Positions 57,595 through 64,000 of a stretch of 64,000 nucleotides of DNA are shown here, piece after piece. The translations under genes and the position numbers were made by a program. Source of the DNA: a virus (Duplodnaviria; Caudoviricetes). Where the stretch lies: IMG/VR virus record IMGVR_UViG_3300028886_000036, positions 211,467 to 275,466 of that record; one strand, written 5' to 3'. Positions within the stretch are counted from its first letter, which is position 1. Every line of letters begins with the position of its first letter. The notes beneath the pieces are model-generated. The model was not told where the DNA came from. It saw only the letters and a list, made by a program, of their open reading frames with translations, and did not search any database.

Positions 57595-59184
57595 TTAGTC
57601 GCGCTCACCATCATAGAAGCCGTTATCACCCTTGATGCGGAGGATACCGACACCCTCACGACGGATGAAGCGAGTAGCAAAGCGGCTGATGAAGCTCATT
57701 GAAGGCTTACGACCAAGGGGCCAAGGCGAAACAACGAGTGGTTTGTAAGGAGCATACACGAAGATAGCGTTGGCTTCGTCAGAAGGCTTGATCATAACAA
57801 GAACCTTGCCCTGGGGCATAAGAGGAGTGCTAAGAGCCTTCCAAGTATCGTTCAGGGTACCAGCGACAGGAGTCTCACCATACTCACCGCCCTTGATGTT
57901 ACCATCAAACTTATACTCTGAAGTGTTCTTAAACAGAGCAAGATCAAGAGGATTGGCGATAAGAACGTTGGGCTGAGTCATGTTGGTATCAACATAGATC
58001 TTGGCGCTAAGATCGTTAAGCTTGACAACGATCTGGTTGTTCCACTCACGAGGACCGTAAGCGAAGTTCTTCATAGGACGACGATCAAAGGTGAAGCGAT
58101 CAGAATCACTTGAACCATCGCCACAAGAAGTAGGATTGAAAAGCTCAGTCTCACGAATAAGCTTATTAAGGATACGACGATCGATATCCATAGCAATGAT
58201 CTTACCCATATGATCAACAAGCTGAGTCTGGATATCAATATCGAAGTAAGCCTTGTAATCCTGCTCCTCCTGGATGGTCCAGTTGGTCTGAATCTCAAGG
58301 TCCTCAGCGCGGAATCTCACATAGGTGCTCTTAAGGTGAACTTCATTAGCATACATCTCTTCAGCCTGGTTAAGCTGACCAACGATACGAACGCTCTTAA
58401 CATGAAGAACGCTGGCATCCTTGTCGCCAAGAGTTGACGAAACAGAGAAAACGCCATTGGCATAATTAATATGACCAGAAACGATATCCTCACGACCACC
58501 GCAAGGAACAGCAAAGCTGAAAGCGCCGCTATCCTCAGGCTCAACATTGATATCAACTTCGCTGTCATCGCTAAGTGTAACACCAACAATAGCGAAATCA
58601 GCAGAAAGAATGTGAGCATTCGAAGGAGTATACTTGCCAGGCTGACCAGCAAGATTGCTCATATGATCAAGAAGATCAAGGCGGTGGATAGCACCAGTGC
58701 CAGAAATAGTAACATCAAGTGGCTCGATATCAACATTAAGACCAAGCTCACCGAAAGGCTGACCGGTAGACACTGAAACACGGTTGTTGGGCATTTCAAC
58801 CTCATTGCCACCAACCTTAGCAACAATTCTCATGAAGCTCTTAACAATTTCAGGCTTGTCCATAGGAAGAACCGTAAGGGCCTCTCTGGCAACAAGCTGA
58901 GGCCACATTCTACGGAAGATGGGCATCGTTAAAGGAGCAATAGGAGTGAAACCATATGCAGTTGATTCTGTAGTAAGAAGACCAGTTCTCATATGATTAG
59001 CCATCTGAAGGAATGAGTCCTTAACCTCACCCTCAAGACCTTCGGCTAATGACTTTGAGTATCTATCAAAGAGAACATCCTCAGCAAGGATCTCCTTATA
59101 ATTAGCATAGGGATCAAAACCCATCTTGCTCATAGTATTAACTGACTCTGTTAAGAAGCCACGAGTAATATTTTCTGTAGACAT
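57595..59184 (-). CDS. major capsid protein (T4 gp23-like, HK97 fold)
   Basis: PIFRRMWPQLVA, WTIQEEQD, IAMDIDRRIL, FVYAPYKPL and SRF motifs; strong codon bias; GGAGGT SD before the ATG at 59184. Confidence 0.88.
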   Translation of the reverse strand: MSTENITRGFLTESVNTMSKMGFDPYANYKEILAEDVLFDRYSKSLAEGLEGEVKDSFLQMANHMRTGLLTTESTAYGFTPIAPLTMPIFRRMWPQLVAREALTVLPMDKPEIVKSFMRIVAKVGGNEVEMPNNRVSVSTGQPFGELGLNVDIEPLDVTISGTGAIHRLDLLDHMSNLAGQPGKYTPSNAHILSADFAIVGVTLSDDSEVDINVEPEDSGAFSFAVPCGGREDIVSGHINYANGVFSVSSTLGDKDASVLHVKSVRIVGQLNQAEEMYANEVHLKSTYVRFRAEDLEIQTNWTIQEEQDYKAYFDIDIQTQLVDHMGKIIAMDIDRRILNKLIRETELFNPTSCGDGSSDSDRFTFDRRPMKNFAYGPREWNNQIVVKLNDLSAKIYVDTNMTQPNVLIANPLDLALFKNTSEYKFDGNIKGGEYGETPVAGTLNDTWKALSTPLMPQGKVLVMIKPSDEANAIFVYAPYKPLVVSPWPLGRKPSMSFISRFATRFIRREGVGILRIKGDNGFYDGERD

Positions 59185-59527
59185 TTGTATTACCTCCAAG
59201 TAATATTTTTTAAATTCGGGATGTTTGAAAAGAAATAAGTTCTGGAGTTTTTGTCAACTTTTTACTCTTAGCTCTTATAACGCACTTTTTTGATTGGTAT
59301 ACTTTAAAGAATATGCTAGTTTTATAATATGATTTCACTACACCAAAAGTCTCTTTCTTCTTCTTCTTTTTGACCTTTCTAATTATTATAATGGATTAGT
59401 GTAAACATGTAATGATCATACTCTATAAAAGCTATCAACAACTATAAAGTACATCATAGTAAAGTCTAATCAAAAAAGTATAACAAAAAACTATATGTAA
59501 AAAACCTATAAGGTTTTATACCAAAAA

Positions 59528-60481
59528 TTATTTAAAATGTTTGTTAAAGAAATCTATGTATTTAAGGTTTGAATCTTTTTCATATTTCTTATCACGATCT
59601 GTATCAAGATAATCATTAAGATAATCAATCATTTTATTATGATAAGATTTAGTAACATCATCTTTATCATCATTAAGATATGACTCTAAAAGACCTAATA
59701 TTACTTTATTAGAATCAATAGTTTTCTTCTGTTTGGTAGTAGTTAAACTATTAATATTCTCCATAAGATCCTGAAGTTTCTTATCTATTGAATTTGAGGC
59801 CTTATTAAAGCCATGTAAAATACCTGATCTATCAAGAGTAATTGTTCCAAAAGTATTTTCTAAAAGAACCTTTTGCTTTGGAACAACTAACGTTGCTTCT
59901 GATACTTTACCAACCATTCGAGCTTCTTTATGACTTGGATTTGAAACACAGTCATAGGTCACCATTTCGAATGGTTCCTTAATAGTTGTAATACCAGAAG
60001 AATTAACTTCTGATTCACCCATTGCTCTAAGACTGAATCCAACAGGAACTCCATCCATAATTAACCCAGCCATATCTCTACCTTTTTGAGTAGAAGCTGT
60101 TTTAATTATTCCCATTACTTTGTCTCCATCAAAATAAATATCCTCAATTATATGAGAAGTATTCTGATATAAAACAACAAAGTGTCTATATGAATCAGTT
60201 TCTGAATTACCTGATGGAACTGGGTGATCCATTTCACCAGTAAGAGCATGCTGTTCAATTAATGGTCTAATTTTTTCAACACCATGCATTAATACTGACT
60301 TTGGATAAATTCTTTTATTTTTATTGACATCATCACAGGTCTGTAATATTGTTTTTATCTTAACCTGTGGTCCACCATTTCTAGTAGTTGCTTCCAATAA
60401 CTGATGCTTTTGACCAGCAATTGGTTCAAATTCTTCTGTAAAAATAGTAGGTATCTTAAACACCTCCTCTTTTGAAAACAA
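59528..60481 (-). CDS. prohead protease (T4 gp21-like)
   Basis: NKNKRIYP, GEMDHP, GFSLRAMG and YDCVSNPS; start possibly the ATA at 60454. Confidence 0.9.
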   Translation of the reverse strand: MFSKEEVFKIPTIFTEEFEPIAGQKHQLLEATTRNGGPQVKIKTILQTCDDVNKNKRIYPKSVLMHGVEKIRPLIEQHALTGEMDHPVPSGNSETDSYRHFVVLYQNTSHIIEDIYFDGDKVMGIIKTASTQKGRDMAGLIMDGVPVGFSLRAMGESEVNSSGITTIKEPFEMVTYDCVSNPSHKEARMVGKVSEATLVVPKQKVLLENTFGTITLDRSGILHGFNKASNSIDKKLQDLMENINSLTTTKQKKTIDSNKVILGLLESYLNDDKDDVTKSYHNKMIDYLNDYLDTDRDKKYEKDSNLKYIDFFNKHFK

Positions 60482-60565
60482 TTACTATAGGAGAAATAGA
60501 GAAATTATTCTAAATCTCCTATAGTTTGTTAAGAATTAAATTAGTTAATTTTTGTATAATTATTT

Positions 60566-61168
60566 TTAATTAAATACTATATTAATACTATTAAGATCCT
60601 CGATATTAGTTGAATCATTAATAGCTTTTCTATATTGCTGTTTTAGTAAGTGATATTGAGCGTACTTATTAAGCATCTGATTCTGAACAGACTTCATTAC
60701 ACTTATTGGGATATCATAATGAGTATTATCATCAGCATCTGTGATATAACCAGATTCTAAACCAGAAGATTCAAGTAATTGTATTGCGCCAAACATCTTT
60801 AAACTATCATCTGTATTAAACTGCATCTTGTACCCTTCAGTAGTAGTAAAAGAACCTTTAACTGCTTCGTCAAATTTAATAGATAAGTCTTCTAACTTTT
60901 CATCTTTATACTCTTCAAAAGTCTTTTCAGATGGGACTTCATCTTCTATAGTTGGGTTCTCTCCCCAAGTAGCTAAAACATTTTCATATAAATCCATTCT
61001 ATTGTATTGAGTACAATCTGCTAATAATTCTGCTCTGCCTAAATTAGAATTTATATAAGCTCTTCTACCTATTTCTTCTATTACTAAACTACAATTATCG
61101 GTATTTATTATGTTATCATTTACTACTATTAAATCTTCCGGATTAAGGTTTTCTATAAGTTCATCCAT
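60566..61168 (-). CDS. DUF4376-like tail-fibre-associated protein
   Basis: KDEKLEDL, ITDADD and C-terminal STNIEDLNSI; adjacent to a fibre gene. Confidence 0.6.
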   Translation of the reverse strand: MDELIENLNPEDLIVVNDNIINTDNCSLVIEEIGRRAYINSNLGRAELLADCTQYNRMDLYENVLATWGENPTIEDEVPSEKTFEEYKDEKLEDLSIKFDEAVKGSFTTTEGYKMQFNTDDSLKMFGAIQLLESSGLESGYITDADDNTHYDIPISVMKSVQNQMLNKYAQYHLLKQQYRKAINDSTNIEDLNSINIVFN

Positions 61169-61287
61169 TTACATCACCTCTTTAACTTGAAGCTAAATAT
61201 ATACCCGTGAATCTCATATGAAATGATTCATTTACAGCTATAGATAGATTATAACCAAATAAATCGTTAGCTGTAATTGTTGTATAA

Positions 61288-62334
61288 TTATTTCCAATTT
61301 CCTATTGCTAACCAGCATATATTTCCCCAATCAACTGAATATGCTCCATCTTTAATTTTATTAACAAACATATCAAACCCAGTTGTACTTCTTGATCCAG
61401 TTTGAGTACAAAATACAGAAGTTGAATATTGACCACCATAGCTAACATTACTAAATATACGGGGCTCACTAGCAAAAGCTTTAGTAAAAGTTACAGTAGC
61501 ATGCCCAGTAGTATCATTAGGTACGTTAACCAAGCCCCAACATATTTGTAATCCACTATAATATCTAATATATCCATTGTTCCCTATAGATTTTTCTTGG
61601 GCTACTTCTACCTTACCTCCATTACAATCTACATTAGTATCGTTATCAACAAAATTAATTCTAAACATTCTTCCATTAGCTGCACCATTCTGAAATACTC
61701 TAAAACTATTTTGATATAAATCTATAATTGTTTCATAATAGCTACTTGATGATGGAATTAAGCATATTTGTCCGCCTTCATTACTAGTATTTTGATTTAA
61801 AACTCTTAATCCTACGTTATCAACGCCTGACCCTTGAACACTTAAATATGAAGTCTTATTTTCTAATTCCGATATTCTATTATTAACAAAAGCAGTAGTA
61901 GCTATTTGAGTAGAATTATCTGCAGTAGCTGGCGTAGGTGCAAATGTTTGTTTAGTCCCATCTGCTAATACTTTTACACCTAATTCACAACTACCAGAAG
62001 CAGATGAGCTGTGTTGAATAGCAACCAGTTTAGTAAAAGTATCATTAGTTGTACTTACGTAATTTTCAACACAACCTGTACGAATATTATTTGCCCCATA
62101 ATAATTTATAGTGTTAAATGCAGAACTACTAGGCGGGTCTTCAGTTGTTAATTTAGGGTTTATAAATTTAAATCCATTTTGCCAAGAACCGTCTGAATTA
62201 ATAATAACATGTGAAAAACTCTTTTTATTAGTAATAGATTGTACAGTATCTAAAGTAACATAATCACTTAAATCAGTTGAAGCAGCTGGAGTAGGATTTA
62301 CTAAATTAATTGGTACTTTAGTAGGAATACCCAT
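61288..62334 (-). CDS. tail fibre protein
   Basis: APTPATADNSTQIATTAFVN repeat and C-terminal GYIRYYSGLQICWG...WLAIG domain. Confidence 0.8.
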   Translation of the reverse strand: MGIPTKVPINLVNPTPAASTDLSDYVTLDTVQSITNKKSFSHVIINSDGSWQNGFKFINPKLTTEDPPSSSAFNTINYYGANNIRTGCVENYVSTTNDTFTKLVAIQHSSSASGSCELGVKVLADGTKQTFAPTPATADNSTQIATTAFVNNRISELENKTSYLSVQGSGVDNVGLRVLNQNTSNEGGQICLIPSSSSYYETIIDLYQNSFRVFQNGAANGRMFRINFVDNDTNVDCNGGKVEVAQEKSIGNNGYIRYYSGLQICWGLVNVPNDTTGHATVTFTKAFASEPRIFSNVSYGGQYSTSVFCTQTGSRSTTGFDMFVNKIKDGAYSVDWGNICWLAIGNWK

Positions 62335-63770
62335 TAATATCCCTTCTGAACAGGCTGTTGAACAGTTTGATTATCAGATTGCTGATCAGGCATATCATTT
62401 GAATTTACCTCATCATTTTTTCTAAACTGATCATCTTGATCTTCCTGTTGATTCTGTTTAGATTTCTCCTTATCAACTACTCCATTCAACTCATCAATAC
62501 AATTATTTAAGAACTTTTCAATCATATCATTTAATTTAGGTAATTCTGGTTTATCTCTAAGATTAGCCATATTATCTGTAACACCATTGATTAACTGATT
62601 GATTGATTTCTTAAGTTTATCTATCTTTTCATTATTGATTTTTTCTGAAAGATTAGATACCTGAGTCTCAAGCTTATTTAACTGATCTATATTATGAGAA
62701 AGTCTCTGATTCTCATCTGGACCTTCTTGTGCATTAGGATCATTCGGATCTTCACCAGCTAATGGATCATCTGGGTTTTGCTCTTGATCGGGATTATTAG
62801 GATCTTCTGGATTACCTTCTTCACCCATATCTCCACCTTCAGGATTATTTGGATCCATTCCACTCATATCATCTTGAGGTATATTTGGATCTTGCTGATC
62901 ATAATTATCCTCTGGAGGTTGTTCTTGATTCATTTGATCTTGACCTGGAACTCCCCCTTGATCTTGCGGTGCTTGTTGATTTGGGTCTGCTCCCATATCT
63001 TGCATATTTGGGTCTTCCTCCGGAGCTGCTGCGTTGGGATCTTGATTAGGATCTGCTGGAGCAGCTTGTGCATTTGGATCTGCTTCTGGGGGAACAGCAT
63101 TAGGATCTTCCTCTGGAGGAGGTGGAGCTGCATTTGGATCTTCTTGTTGAGGAACTTCTTGAGAAACTCCCCCTCCATAAGGAGTATTATTAGGCATTTG
63201 AGCTTGCATAACACCTGGCTGCATCTGATTAAATGGCTGCACAGCTGGCATTGGCTGTCCATAATATGGCATTTGGACTGGTTGAGCCACTGGAATAGGT
63301 TGAACCATTGGTTGAGGCATCATCATTGGTTGTGGTGCCATCATTGGCTGTTGCGGCATCATAGGCTGCATTGGCATCATCATCGGTTGCGGTTGCATCA
63401 TAGGTTGCTGCGGCATTGGCATTGAATCGTATCCATTGCCAAACTGAGAATCATCATAAGTAGGTGGTTCAGAGTCGCCATCATAATTATTTGCATTAGG
63501 ATCTGATGGATTCATTTGAGGAATCTGATCCATAAAATCATTAAATCTATCTCCAGTAGCTCCTTGATCCTGATCATGCTCTCCATCATCAGGATTATTT
63601 ACATCTTTTTGTGAATCTATCACATCAGAATATGATGAATCTCCTTCCATAAATAAGTTAGACATATTTAATTCATCAGCAGCATTTAAGCATTCCTGAA
63701 TAGTTCCATATTCTGACATAATGAATTTTAATAATTCATTTGAAATATAATTGCTATTAATATTACTCAC
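62334..63770 (-). CDS. low-complexity Q/P/D/N/M-rich protein, possibly prohead scaffold/core
   Basis: QPMM and DPN repeats with a C-terminal coiled coil; located in the head gene cluster. Confidence 0.6.
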   Translation of the reverse strand: MSNINSNYISNELLKFIMSEYGTIQECLNAADELNMSNLFMEGDSSYSDVIDSQKDVNNPDDGEHDQDQGATGDRFNDFMDQIPQMNPSDPNANNYDGDSEPPTYDDSQFGNGYDSMPMPQQPMMQPQPMMMPMQPMMPQQPMMAPQPMMMPQPMVQPIPVAQPVQMPYYGQPMPAVQPFNQMQPGVMQAQMPNNTPYGGGVSQEVPQQEDPNAAPPPPEEDPNAVPPEADPNAQAAPADPNQDPNAAAPEEDPNMQDMGADPNQQAPQDQGGVPGQDQMNQEQPPEDNYDQQDPNIPQDDMSGMDPNNPEGGDMGEEGNPEDPNNPDQEQNPDDPLAGEDPNDPNAQEGPDENQRLSHNIDQLNKLETQVSNLSEKINNEKIDKLKKSINQLINGVTDNMANLRDKPELPKLNDMIEKFLNNCIDELNGVVDKEKSKQNQQEDQDDQFRKNDEVNSNDMPDQQSDNQTVQQPVQKGY

Positions 63771-63775
63771 CTCTC

Positions 63776-64000
63776 TTATTGAATTCCCATAGATGAAAGA
63801 TCTCCACCTAAACTACCGCCACCTAAAGCTTGCGAAGTGCTCATACCAGTATCTGTTCCACCCATACTGGACATACCCATATCTCCACCAAGATTATCGA
63901 AGTCTCCACCCATACCAGAATCAATTCCGCCCATATCAAAACCGCCCATATCTCCACCCATACCCATTCCTCCACCCATCATACCCCTATCCCCGCCAAG
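63776..64000 (-). CDS. C-terminal Gly/Met-rich tail of a gene running off the window (possibly portal)
   Basis: GGMG/DMGG repeats; the frame is open to the window end; identity inferred from context only. Confidence 0.45.
   Translation of the reverse strand, partial: LGGDRGMMGGGMGMGGDMGGFDMGGIDSGMGGDFDNLGGDMGMSSMGGTDTGMSTSQALGGGSLGGDLSSMGIQ

Noticed and set aside
57770-58776. Overlapping alternate-frame and antisense ORFs in the capsid gene (likewise inside polB, helicase and 62778-63425)
   Set aside because: These are shadow ORFs caused by codon bias or low complexity, with no SD or recognisable motifs.
1-64000. CRISPR array or cas genes
   Set aside because: No regularly spaced direct repeats were seen. 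The RuvC/HNH protein is 420 aa with a PLMP N-terminus, so it is IscB and not Cas9.
1-64000. Alternative genetic code (TAG or TGA read-through)
   Set aside because: Core genes are full length in the standard code. Ligase and capsid end in TAG at the expected C-termini, and no suppressor tRNA was seen.

Overview
A 64-kb slice of an AT-rich, large tailed-phage genome with T4-superfamily-like core genes, read in the standard genetic code. The GGAGG(TG) Shine-Dalgarno (SD) sites and TTGACA/TATAAT promoters suggest a Firmicutes-type host (inference). Recognisable genes: ATP-dependent DNA ligase, metallophosphoesterase, SF2 helicase, family-B DNA polymerase, ThyX, SSB, DnaB/gp41-type helicase, CYTH protein, an intact IscB with its omega/HEARO RNA, baseplate and tail proteins, large terminase, major capsid protein, prohead protease, and four complete tRNAs. 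Main findings: (1) The polymerase is encoded as two genes 4.4 kb apart, broken inside the catalytic YGD|TDS motif and joined by a naturally split, cysteine-free intein (Ser1, Thr+1). (2) About 20 minus-strand transcription cassettes share one promoter-like motif (TRTAWRTATATW). They carry orphan genes, structured leaders (two copies with covariation), a tRNA-like RNA lacking an anticodon loop, a ~255-nt ORF-less structured RNA and a repeated 3' pseudoknot. (3) A 13-member family of tiny Cys-rich genes. (4) A possible antitoxin-like antisense RNA. All calls were made by eye; no searches or folding programs were run.
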